This document shows positions 40,030 through 51,900 of a stretch of 64,000 bases of DNA, piece after piece. The stretch lies in the NCBI GenBank assembly GCA_964106915.2, contig OZ066923.1; one strand, 5' to 3'. The stretch's first letter is position 1. Each line of letters starts with the position of its first letter. The translations under genes and the position numbers were made by a program. The notes beneath the pieces were generated by a model, which was given only the letters and a program-made list of their open reading frames with translations, ran no database searches and was not told where the DNA came from. This DNA is from Podarcis gaigeae. Its lineage: Eukaryota.

Positions 40030-40081
40030 TTGTTGTTTAGTCATTTAGTCGTGTCCGACTCTTCATGACCCCATGTACCAG
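40030..40081 (-). mobile_element. Ultra-short RTE/BovB 3' end insertion
   Basis: ttgttgtttagtcatttagtcgtgtccgactcttcatgacccc; TSD aacattta at 40022-40029 and 40082-40089. Confidence 0.7.
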
Positions 40082-40504
40082 AACATTTACTAAAACCAGT
40101 ATATAGTAAGAATAAGAACTTCAGTTGAAAAGCATTAAACTGCTGCTGACATCCACCTTACATCAGATGATACTAGGTCCCAAGGCACCAGTTAAAGACC
40201 TAGAGTTTATACATAGGGGTAGGAGCATTTATGACGTTGCCATAGAATTGCTACTTACCACCAGTTAACAGATAAAGTGAAATTGGTGTGTGGGTTTCCA
40301 CATTCAATATGAGACTACAAATGCCCCTCCATTCACAAATGTGATTTTTGTGTGACAAAAAAATTGGATGGAGCAACACTTATGCTGCTGATGGGGGAGA
40401 AGCTACAATGAACCTGCTTCCAACCTGCCTGCCTAGCTAGTTGCTCACTCAGGGTCAAGCATTCAGTGGCAGTAACCTAGTTTATTCATTTGCCATACGC
40501 TGGA

Positions 40505-40632
40505 GGGGAGAGTGCAGTTGCACTCAGGCCCTGCTTTCAGGCTTCCCATAAGCATCTGGACCGCCACTGTGACAGCAAGATGCTGAAGTAGGTAGGTCTT
40601 GGGCCTGATCCACCAGGGCTTTTTCTTATGCT
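40505..40632 (+). mobile_element. CR1-type LINE 3' end; related pieces at ~42400-42545 and ~47740-47840
   Basis: Shared gttgcactcaggccctgctt...gcatctgg...ccactg...gatgctg...gcctgatcca motif in three places. Confidence 0.55.
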
Positions 40633-40841
40633 AAGAAACAATTTGATTGATATCCTATGCCCTTTAAAAATGTGTTGGGGAGGTTATGGGGTTGTTGTTT
40701 AAACTATTTTGATTATGTACTTTGTGGTTTTATATTCTGATTTCATCCTGTGAACCGCCCTGAGACCTGCGGGTACATATAGGGCAGTCTACACCGGCTT
40801 TGTAAGAGACACTGTGGCAGTTCAAGAGCCGCTTCTGGTTA

Positions 40842-41067
40842 CAGTGGTACCTCAGGTTAAGTACTTAATTCGTTCCGGAAGTCTGTACTTATCCTGAAAC
40901 TGTTCTTAACCTGAAGCACCACTTTAGCTAATGGGGCCTCCTGCTGCCGCCGCGCCGTCAGAGCACGATTTCTGTTCTTATCCTGAAGCAAAGTTCTTAA
41001 CCCGAGGTACTATTTCTGGGTTAGCGGAGTCTGCAACCTGAAGCGTATGTAACCCGAGGTACCACTG
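40842..41067 (+). mobile_element. Tigger-like MITE next to the NEDD1 CpG island
   Basis: Perfect TIR ends, TA flanks, CpGs largely intact. Confidence 0.9.
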
Positions 41068-41279
41068 TAGTTCCAAGGGCAGCAACCTGGGGCAAAGGAG
41101 AAGAGGGGGGGGAGGAGGAGGAGGGCCGAGACACCCCCACCCGGTGGCTCCCACCTCTCACTGAGGGCGTATAAAGCTGTTCCAGGTGGGTCAACCAGTC
41201 CAAAGGACAAAGGGTCCCTACACCCCTCAAGGCAAAACAAGCGCCCAATCCCAGCCAATCAGGGGCCTCTGTGTCCCAA

Positions 41280-42085
41280 CAGGTGTCAAATCGCCGCCGT
41301 GGACCAGAGGGAGAACTCCGCCAGCTGTCAGGTAACCCGCCAGGGACCTCCCCCTCCTCCCAAAACCCCACAATAACAGACCACCCCCCGCCTCCCCTTC
41401 CTCACCTCCCCGCTTGGCCGGGACGCCCCGCGTTAAATCTTCTTTCTACCCCATGCGACTCATTTCCCCGGTCGCTGGGCAGAAGAGCCCCAAACTTTCG
41501 AAGCAGCAAGCCGCCGCTTTCGGTTTCTTTATCTCGTGAGGCAAAACGGGGCCGCTAAAAGCGCAGCTTCCGCGCTCCTTACAACTTAGCGGCCCGTCCC
41601 AACATCCACCGCGGGACTGGGCTCATTACCCCCCCCCCCCCGCCGGTCAGCGAATTTCGTTTACGGCAGCCGAGGGAGGACAAAAGAAAGAAGGAGCCGC
41701 GTTCGCGTTCCCTGGTTGAAGGGGAGAGGAGGGAGGGGAGAGAGGAAGAAGTGGGCGGGGCTTCCATTCAAACCGAACCGTCGGCCAACGAAGTTGGTGA
41801 GGTCACGCGGCGGAGTGTGTTTGTTGTCGTCGTTTCGTCCCGTTGATTTGAAAAGCGGCGTTGTGTGAGCAGGAGGGAGGTTCGGCCTGGGCTGCTCCCT
41901 GGAGACTTCGTGGAAAGCAGCTGGGCTGCGCTCTTCCGACGCGCTATCAGGAGAATGCCAAAAGTTCATGCCAGATGATATTAACACTTTATAATCGTTT
42001 CATGTCGGTGAAAAGATCCATCATGATGATGAGAATTAACTGAATTTGTATTGCGCGTCCGGTGCTTAGTTGTCAGGGCGCGGGA
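41280..42085 (-). promoter_or_regulatory. CpG island: NEDD1 promoter and non-coding first exon region
   Basis: Only strongly CpG-rich non-repeat stretch in the window, ~2.5-3 kb upstream of the ATG exon. GC box GGGCGGGG at 41753-41760; TTTGAA (CHR-like) at 41767-41772 (minus) and 41847-41852 (plus); candidate donor GGGAG|GTGAGG near 41405. Confidence 0.85.
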
Positions 42086-43076
42086 ATGTTCTCAAACTCA
42101 GTCAAGAACTTTCGTGAAAGCTTATGGAAGAGTCAAAGGTGTTTGTACTTGGCTATGAATGGTGTTTTTTTACTTTATTTTGGCAAGGCTTTAAAAAAAA
42201 CAAGGCTGGATTATTTATTCCCATAATATGGCATGGTGCAGCATATTAATTTTTCTCAAAAATAATGGTGCCTGAAAGGGGGGGGGAATCAAATGTGATT
42301 TATATATGTGCAACAAAAATGATTGAGCATAGTGATGGACGCCAAGTTGGATCACATGAAAAGATAAGGCGAATTCATGAAGAATTGAGCTATTCGTAGC
42401 TACAGCCAGTACCCTTCTGAATACCAGTTGCTAGGAATCGCAGGTAACTAGAGGGCTGCTGTTGCATTCAGGTCCTGCTTCTGAACTTCCCACAGGCATC
42501 TGGGTGGTCACTGAGAACAGAATGCTGGACTAGGTGGGATCGAGAGCAGGGGTCTTTTCTCCATCCTCCTTTACAATGACTTCTATTTAGGTGCAAGAAT
42601 GTGCTGCAGAATCCTAAACTACATCTGCTGAAAAACAGATTAACCTTATGTTTTGTAATGTGTGAATGGATGTTGTGCTGATCCTTGTCCTAAGCCATCT
42701 GGAACTAGGAATTTTACTGTGCCAGCCTTGTAAGTCACATGGAGTTCAACAGATCTTAGCCTTAGGTAAGTTAGTATATGGTTGCAGCCTTTGATAGATT
42801 TGTTACCACATGATCAAGCCTACAGCACTGAAGTTGAAGGCATCTTTCCCAGCCTATCTTTGGCCAGCCTGCCCAAGAGGAGAGGGATCTCTCTCTTTAT
42901 TCTCCCTGTTTCTTCCCAGCACAGCTTGCTAAGACACTATTTTCCTGTCACCTCATACCCAATTATCCTGGCAACCTTCCAAATCCCCAACCTCTGTTCA
43001 CAAGTTTGAGTTGGGGTGGGGAAGGACAGTTCTGTTGCATTGCCAATGGTCTTCAGTGGCCCTGTATTGTTTCTTA

Positions 43077-43225
43077 ATCATAGAATTGTAGAGTTGGAAG
43101 GGACCCCAAGGGTTATTGGGTCCAATCTACTGCAATGCAGCAATCCTGCCCACAGCTGTCCCAGGGTAGGCTCAAAACACCAACCTTCTGGTTAACAGCC
43201 AGATGCACTGACCCACTGGGCCCCA
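43077..43225 (-). mobile_element. Second Squam2-like SINE copy
   Basis: Colinear with 11069-11220 (aatcatagaattgtagagttggaaggga...atgcactgaccca). Confidence 0.7.
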
Positions 43226-44751
43226 GCTTGGCCATGTCATTTTGCATAGGCTGGCTTAGGAATTCCTCTGCAGCTTGTATTTCTCCCTTCGCCTAGGCCA
43301 AAGTATATATGTGAGCTGGGTGGGCAGCATATGAATTTAGCTGTGATGATGGAATTCCTCATAAACTAAAAAAAAAAATCTTGGTGGCAGAGGAATTGGG
43401 GGAAAGGTATAAAGGAGGCCTATTGCCACTTCTCTGGCAGGTCATTTGTGCATCTGCATCTAGACATGAACTGACTCACTTTGTGATTTCCAACTGAGCT
43501 TGTCAATTATTTTCTGCAGCCCTAATTTATAAGATATTTCTCAAATTCAATCTGAAAAATTCATCAGACATGAAATTTAACAAATCATGAATTATAATAA
43601 AACATGAAAAGATATTTTGAAAATCTAGTTTCAGACATACAATTTATTTTATTGAATTGTTGCATAAGAACTTGCTTTTCTCCAACTTCCTTAGAGTAGT
43701 AGTTTTTTCAGTGTATCCTTCTAGAACTTGAAACAAATTCTTAATCTCAGATGTTTGCTATGTTTGCTTCAGTTGCTATAGTTACAGCAGTATCAAAATC
43801 TCATCCTTACTATTTTTCACCTGTGTTAAGAGGTGTTGAAAATTCTTACTTTATTAGAAATATCTTAAAAGCATAAGCTATTTAAAAATGTGGCAAGTGT
43901 CATATTAAATGTTTATTTTAATTGCCATGACAGGTACCATGCGGATTGTTGTGCAAAGACAGTGATTCTAAAACAGATTTTAATTTAATTACTAATATAT
44001 CCTTTAATCTGGTTTTCAAACTGTGTTACTCATTTTAATTAAGATGCCTACTATGCCTCAAGCAGAACTTCAAAGTGCTTTAAAAATGAGCTTGTGCCTT
44101 TTTGCTTATGATACATAAAGATCTATTCGAAAATCCTTCTCAAAAAGGGGAGTGGGTCTTTATTCTGCTGTGCTTTTTATCTTTGAACTAAATATGGAAT
44201 GCTTTTCTTTCCTTTTGCTGAAGGTATTCTTGGAGAGCACCAGAAAAAGGATGAGGGAATTTCATTCATCTTTTAACTAAAGAGAGAGAGAACTAAGCCG
44301 CTTGCTACTTGTCTTAGGTATCTGGGTTGATAGTTCACTATTCATCTATTCTGAATCTTCCAATATTCAGCTTCACTGGATGAAGGTTCTAGTATGTATT
44401 ATGAGAAAAGGAGATTTAGAATTGAGGGAGTCCTTATACATTCTTACCACCCTCCCAAACAGCTGTGCTGAGTGTATATGGGCTGGATATGTCATTTTCT
44501 TCCCTATGCAGCCACTGCTGCAGTAACTTCAGTGAGGATGGGAAACTCCAGTCCATGGACTTTATCTGGCCTACTAAACTTCTTAACCCAGCTCCAGGCA
44601 CTCTCCTTAAGCCATGCTCACCACAAGGTCACACACCCTCACATGTCTCATTCTGCAGCGAGTTGGCCATGAAGGAACATAATTCTTCCTATGTCACCAG
44701 TTAACTTTGTTACTTCCCTATGCACAGGAAGACAAGGTGAGAAAGGGGGAA

Positions 44752-44754
<3 letters not shown>

Positions 44755-44804
<50 letters not shown>

Positions 44805-44816
44805 AGAGAGAGAGAG
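44755..44816. repeat. (GT)n microsatellite followed by short (AG)n
   Basis: Direct reading. Confidence 0.95.
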
Positions 44817-45864
44817 CTGTGAATGTATATGAATGGGAGGGAGTGTGTTTTCGCCTTGCCCACTTCAAGCATGCATCTCCTGATCACTTTCACATGAGGG
44901 AATTTAGTGCTTTTGGGGAAAGTTCCCTACTCCAGCAGCCTGCATGCCAAGAGAAAGGACTGTGGAGACCATTTACACATTTCTAACTTGCAAAATAAAT
45001 ACTATCAAAAGTGACAAGCTAAAATACAAGCATGATTTTAAAATAATTTTTAATATCTTTGTATTCAGTATTTTTAAACATTAGCAATACCTACAATGGA
45101 ACTACAATGGTATTTGAAAGTAAGTAAAGCATTTAGGACTAGCATGTTGGTTAGTTTAGACTTTAATTGATAGTTGGATGTACTACTGAATTACAGAGTA
45201 CAGCTCGGACATAGCACAATAAAAAGCTTGCATTATATCAGTAGTGCTCGAACATTCATGAATAACAACCAACTGCTGTTCATCATGGAAGCCTGCAAAA
45301 TTTGAAAAGCAACAACCTCTACTGAAAGGTGGACATTCACTGAAAAAATGTCTTCAAATCCCAGAAGCTCATGTAAGAAAATCATTTCTGGTTCAATAAT
45401 ATCACTTCTAAGCAGTTAAGACAAATGTAAAAACCTACATTTAACTTACTAGGTAGCTTTAAGAGAAGGAATACTAACTGTTCCAACTATGGAGAGGATA
45501 TAAAGTCTGGAAAAATACAGAAGCAAAAAAAAATCTTAATTTTCTATTAGAAGAACAACAAAAATGAAACATAAATCAGTTAGTGGAGTGTAAATTTTAA
45601 AATATTTTAAATCAAAAAGTTTACATAGTAAATTAAATCTGAACATAGATAACTACTACTTAGAAGTCAAAAAGAACAACACCAAATGTATGTTTATTAC
45701 AACTGCCTCAAATATTTTATCGATTCCAGAGAAGAATAGAGACCAATTCTTTATCTCATGGAATAGGGAATTTACAACTGGCTTCAGTATGACAGCATAT
45801 TACTCTATAAACTGTAAACTCTGCATAGGTTGAATGAATGACAAAGTTACTCCCCAGTGTTTAC

Positions 45865-45984
45865 TCAAGCAAGCAAAGACACTATCCAGTTGAAGACATT
45901 TCCTGCAATTATCACACACCCATTAGCTGGCTCAAATAATTTCCTTAAATTCTTTATTGATGGTAAAGTGATGTCAAATGGGAT
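45865..45984 (-). CDS. CFAP54: CFAP54 last coding exon
   Basis: IPFDITLPSIKNLRKLFEPANGCVIIAGNVFNWIVSLLA-TGA; ttttgcag| acceptor. Confidence 0.94.
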   Translation of the reverse strand: MPFDITLPSIKNLRKLFEPANGCVIIAGNVFNWIVSLLA

Positions 45985-48900
45985 CTGCAAAAGAGAAAGC
46001 ACAAACATGGAATAAACCAAAAAATCCTAATAGAATTAAGCTGAAATCCTATATAAACTTCAGTTAGAGCAAGTCACAATGAATTTAATTCATTCTGAGG
46101 AATGAGAGGAGACAAGTGCATTTTTTCCAGGGGGTACTCAAGGGTACATAGTACCAGCACCTCTTTTTTGCTGTTGTTAAAAAGTGTGGCACTTACTGTA
46201 ACAACTTCATGGTGAGTACCAGCACCCATTTTTCAAGGAAAAAATCACCGAGGGACTAACAGTGTGACCTGAGGCATGCTGAGAAGCCATTAAGGACTTG
46301 TGCCTGCTCTAGGCTCCGACCATACATGTCCAATGGGGCCCTTATCCTGATTGGGGTCTGAGGCAGTATTTTCTCTCATATATCGAGCCCTTCTAGTCTC
46401 TTTGGATAAGTCGTGCTGTTGCGGGGACTTGTGGTTTTTACTGGAGGCTGCAGTCCAAATGTGGCGTCCAAATGGTGCCATTTAGATGAGGGTTTGTGGC
46501 CAGTGGGGTGAAAAGGCACAAGGGAGGCTGAAGCAGGCATGAAATCCACCATTGAAAGCATTGTGCCATGTGCATGCAAAGTGTGATGCAATACACTGAC
46601 TCTCAGGTGAGCCGGAAGGATAAAAAATGGCCAAGGGTGGTGGCTGTTCAAGAGGAAGAAAAAGTGAAGCAATCTGAGGTAGCATGTGCCTTAGCAGTAG
46701 AGAAAGGGGCTTCCCTGCAATCTCCCACCCCAATGCAGAAAACAAAAGTAATAAAAGCTTGCCACCAAGTCTTTCCCGGCTATCTACTTCCCACCTAGGG
46801 AAGGCTCTGAATTTTAGCAGGAAAAGATGAAGAGAGAAAGAAATGAGAAAGGGCTCATGGACCAACATAGCAGAGGGAGCAAGTAACAAGGGAGGAAAAA
46901 CAAGGTAAGAAGGGACAACACAATGTAACTATACAAAAAGACCTGAGGAGAGAGCAAAGAATGGGAGCAAATGGTGATCTGGCTGCACCGAACAAAGGCA
47001 GAAGCAAACTGAATTTGAATGTGACCATATGTATTCATAAAAACTGATACCAGTGGAAAAAATTATGTGGAAGATGTTTGCATTTGGAAAAAAGTTTTTT
47101 AAAAGAGATCTGAACAACATACCTCTGTGAGTGGTGGTGGTTCATGCGGGTCAACAGACAACAAGGCTCTTATTTCAGAGAAACACTGTTTGACCATTTC
47201 CTAATTGTAGCAAAGTGGGGGAATATAAATATTATTATATTGTATGCATTTAATCTATTATATTTGGTAGATTCTTATTTTTTATATACTGTAATTATGT
47301 ACAAAACACAGTCACCATGATGCAAGGCTAATGTTGAAAACCACTGGGTTTATCTGGTGTCCTGTTGAATAGTTGAAAAAAACCTCATGGACTTTTTAAG
47401 TATTCAACAGGAACAGCAGAAAAATCTAGACGGGGAAGCAAACTTTCCTCTTTTCAAGCAGAATGACAGAAACAAACCAGGAGAGGCCTGGCAGGGCCCA
47501 TCTTTTGCTATAAATGGTGCTCCTCACCATGCTGAGTGAAATCATTTTCAGCTGAAGAGCAAAAGTTTGTGATTATTCTCTGCCTCCCAAACTGAATTGG
47601 AAGGCAAACTGCAAACCTCATGCTCCACTGCCATCAATTCATGCCAGGGAGCATGGTATAGTTGCTCTCTCAAACAACAACCCCACAGAAACAGTTTAAA
47701 AGGCCACCACAGAAGGTTTAATTAGGCAAAGGCCCGATAGTGCTGTTGTGCTCAGGCCCTGCTTGCGGGATTCCTATGGGCATACAATAGGTATTGTAAG
47801 ACCGGGATGTTGGACTGCATGGGTCACTGGCCAGATCCAAATTATGGCAAAATGCAAGTTAGATTGTGAAATCTAAATGTTGCTGTGGAATCATCAACTT
47901 ATATTTAAAGGATTGTACATATAATCTGGCAACTCAGTCCCAAAAATTTGCATGGACATAGTTGACTGGAACACAGTCTGAAGAGCCCTATGGTTACACT
48001 GCTTCAGTGTCAAATCACCAGCCAAATTCTTAGTGCATCCTATCCAGATACAAGGATTATTTAGTTATGGGTGAAAATATGTGTGACACTCCATAAAAAA
48101 ATCAAAATGGTCCTTTAAAAGCAGTGCTATCTGCCATTTAGACCTACTACACTATATGATTGGTTGAAATATTTGTTATCCAAGCTACTCAAAAAACAGC
48201 TTTTCAATAATGAAAGCAGTGACTTGTTGTCTGTGCTGTCACAATATCCATCAGGTAAAATGCCACCACATGCATCATTAATCATTTATTAAAATAGATA
48301 TTGAAGAGTGTCACATGATAAATGTCTCCTACTTTGAAAATAAATGTCTACTTTTTCCTTGACATTCATCATGCAACAACTGTACTGGCAACACTTCACT
48401 CCACTGATGTTATCGCAAACAGATCACAAGGAAATTTCTAGACTTGTCTCTCTTGATTTTTTTTTAAACAAAACTGAATATGGTTTTGCTAACAAAAAGT
48501 CTAGGAATTATGGCTGACAAAAAAATTAAAAACCATTTCCCATAAGCTCCTGCGGAGGGAAAAGGTCGTGGAGAAGTCTAGTTGCACCAGGAACTGATCT
48601 GACAATGGCAGATTGTTTGGCTCTACCTATGAGTTCCAGTGGGAGGTGCTATCCCAATAATGTCTAGAGGATTAGCATTCTGCAAAGGTAAGTTCCCAAA
48701 GGATGTGGAATGCCCTCTGGAAGACAGTCAGAATGTCCCCTCCCCACATCACAGTTCTTATCCAGATCAGGGAGCAGACAGATGCCTTTTATAAAGAAAA
48801 AATATGGGTAAAGCAAAGCATGTGAGGCAGGCATGCCTTTAATGTTACATGTAATTTTACTCTGAATAGGCAAGCATCTTAGGAGCAACCTCTTTTGAAG

Positions 48901-51900
48901 TAGTTTTCAGCAACTACATTGATTTCTAACAATCATTAGTTTAGCTGCCTTTGTCAGAAAGAATTGTTGTTGTTGTTTAGTCATAATGGTCTCTTAAAAC
49001 ATAGTGCTCACATCAGGGTTACTCCAAAGTATGGGGGAATTTGGAAACGTAGCATATTGCCTGTATATATGTTTTAGCAATTCCCCTACAGAAAAGGAAG
49101 AAGCAAATGGAAGATGGTTAAAATGTATGGTAGGAAAGGTTAATTCTGCCTTGTAGTGAATGGAAGTTATTGCAATTGCCATGTGCAGTTACTATTCATA
49201 ACTTCACAGCATCACAAAATACAAATAAATGCCACACTCATTGATTGTTGTAGGAGTGCTTCCTGAATTATCAATTTTTATATACCCTGGTTTTTTCATC
49301 AAGTGGCACCTTTGCCACAGTTTTCGCTGAACTTGAATGTCTCTCTGTTTCACTTTCTAATTGAGAAGTCTTCACAGTTTGCATTAACATTTCAATTTGT
49401 AGCTTAAGATCAGACAGCTTTTCACGTACAGCAATAACACTAAAAAAAAGAAAAAAATGTTAACACAATACAATTGCACTATCAATACAGTGGTACCTCG
49501 GGTTAAGAACTTAATTCGTTCTGGAGGTCCATTCTTAACCTGAAACTGTTCTTAACCTGAGGTACCACTTTAGCTAATGGGGCCTCCCGCTGCCGCCGCC
49601 ACATGATTTCTGTTCTCATCCTGAAGCAAAGTTCTTAACCCGAGGTACTATTTCTGGGTTAGCAGAGTCTGAAACCTGAAGCATCTGTAACCCAAAGTAC
49701 CACTGTACTGTATACATACAAAGTAAAATATACTTCATTGGGTAATAAAAATAAATTCTTTACTAAGATGGTTTTCTTTGCTTCCCTTTATGCATAATTA
49801 TAGCAGTGTTTTTGTATGGCACTGGTTGACAGAAATGGGGAGGGGGGGAGAGAGAGAGATGGTGACAAACAATCTAGAAGGCATGGACTGGGCCTCTTGC
49901 TCACTGAACTTCTCAGAAGGAGAATAAAAGAGGAAGGGGAAGGTTTTGGAGGAGAATAAGTGGAAGGCAATATTTTAACACAAACTACCCAGAGCATGCA
50001 CAAAAACATGTTCTTTCACATACAATATAACATGCAGCAAAATTAATGGATTAAGTTACCTGTTCAGTGGGATCCACAAATAACCACAGTACACATTGGC
50101 TGAATTGAAAGACTTGATGTTGGTAATTTTGACTGCTTTTGTATTATAAGCATAGACAAACAAAACCTACACAAAGGAAGGAAAGATATATAATAGAAAT
50201 AGGTATAGAAATAACACCTCGATTAGATGTTTATTATCCTTGTAGAAATGCCATTTAGATTAGTCCATAGATGGACACACTATATTTTTGTAAGCTACAA
50301 ACTAAAGAAAATGTATTTGTAGAATTGGTACCTTATTCTCCACCCAGCAGATTGCTTTGCTATACTTCTGGCTGAATAACAGAATGTAGAAAATCTTATC
50401 TAACGTATGAAGCCCCCTGCATCAAACATCTTCTCTACTTTAGTTCTATAGGTTGCTTAAGACACACCTTTCTACATAGGCCTTTGGATCCTTGTGAGAG
50501 TGTGAACAGTTTGATTTACTTTAACTGTCTGCTAGAAGTATTTTCTTGTTTTGGGTTTACTATATAACTAATTCAGCAGGAGACCAATCCTTAACCAAGG
50601 GAATGAGATAAATTAAATAATCCCACATTTACTTAAAATGGTTTAGCTTTTTTGTATTTTTATTCTAAATCAATCAGTGTTTGATTTAATTATAAAGGAA
50701 TGCAGCATCAGGCACAACCCACAGCCTTACCTTACTCCATGTAAGGAGTTCATGCTTTAAGTTCAAAGAGAGCAGCAATTTTGTAATCTTACCATAGTTT
50801 CCCCTTCTTTCAATGACCTTTCCAAAGATGGAAGGTACCACTGCACACAGAGTTCCCTGATGGGAGTACTGGTTGCCTTGTTGTCTGAATGAATGTCCAT
50901 CTCAGAGCTACAAGCAAGGCTGGCAGGTAATTTCCATGATGTTTGTCTTTTTGGTAACAGTGCTCCTGAGAGTGACTAAAATTATAATAATTAAGCATAA
51001 GTTTATCTTTGTTCAAGTTTTCCTCCCAATATAAAACTTGTTTGAAAAACCATACACATTTGTTTACTCAGAAGAAGCCAAGCAAAAATTCCACAATATG
51101 TCTGATTTCTCATGGCAGGAAAATGAATGGGCCTTTTCTGAGTATCACTAATGTTGGTAATCACTCGTGGTTTTTATTATTCTGTATTACTTTGATTGTA
51201 AGACGTCTTTAATATTTCGTAGGAAGGGGCCATAAATACAGAAAGTAAATGCTTAAAAATATATTTTAAGTACTATTAACAAATTACCTTTCCAAGCACA
51301 GTCATACTATAGCAAGGTTTTTCAAAACCATATAGCTGTTTCGGAGGTTCTTGAAGGCAGCAGCCAGAATATATAAGCAGATAGATTTTTAAGAATGAAT
51401 GCAATTCTGCTAAGCGCAGGGTAACTGTTGTGTCAAACACTGAAGTGAACAGCACATCTTCTTTAGCAAATAAGCCCGCACCTGCTTTTGGAACAGCTGT
51501 GACGAGAAGATAATTCATGACTATTTCTACTCCAATTCATAATACACACACATTATAAACACTAAACAAACAAATCATGATCTTATTATTCGTAGTATCA
51601 TTTTTATCTCTCTGCAATAATCATTTCTCCACTCTGCATCATTTTCTTTCTTAAGCTGTGGACCAAATGATGTCAAACAAGCAAGCCATTGTTCGTTTCT
51701 GTATGTCTCAAAAATCCATACTGTTATATGCAGCAACCACCACTGCTATTACTATTCATTGTTTTCTGAACCAGGACATTTCAGATATCACTAGTTCGTA
51801 CTAACTCCAGTAAAAAAGTTTGTCATATAGATCTGTTACGAAATTAATGTGGTTACTGGCAGGCTAGGCACCAGGCTTTCCGGGACCTTTGATCAGGGAA

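Noticed and set aside
41010-42043. Cluster of overlapping 60-116 aa ORFs
   Set aside because: Expected from stop-codon scarcity in a GC-rich CpG island and the adjacent MITE; no recognisable protein.
46290-47120. Several overlapping hydrophobic ORFs in the last coding intron of CFAP54
   Set aside because: Produced by purine/pyrimidine strand skew; no consistent splice signals or homology.
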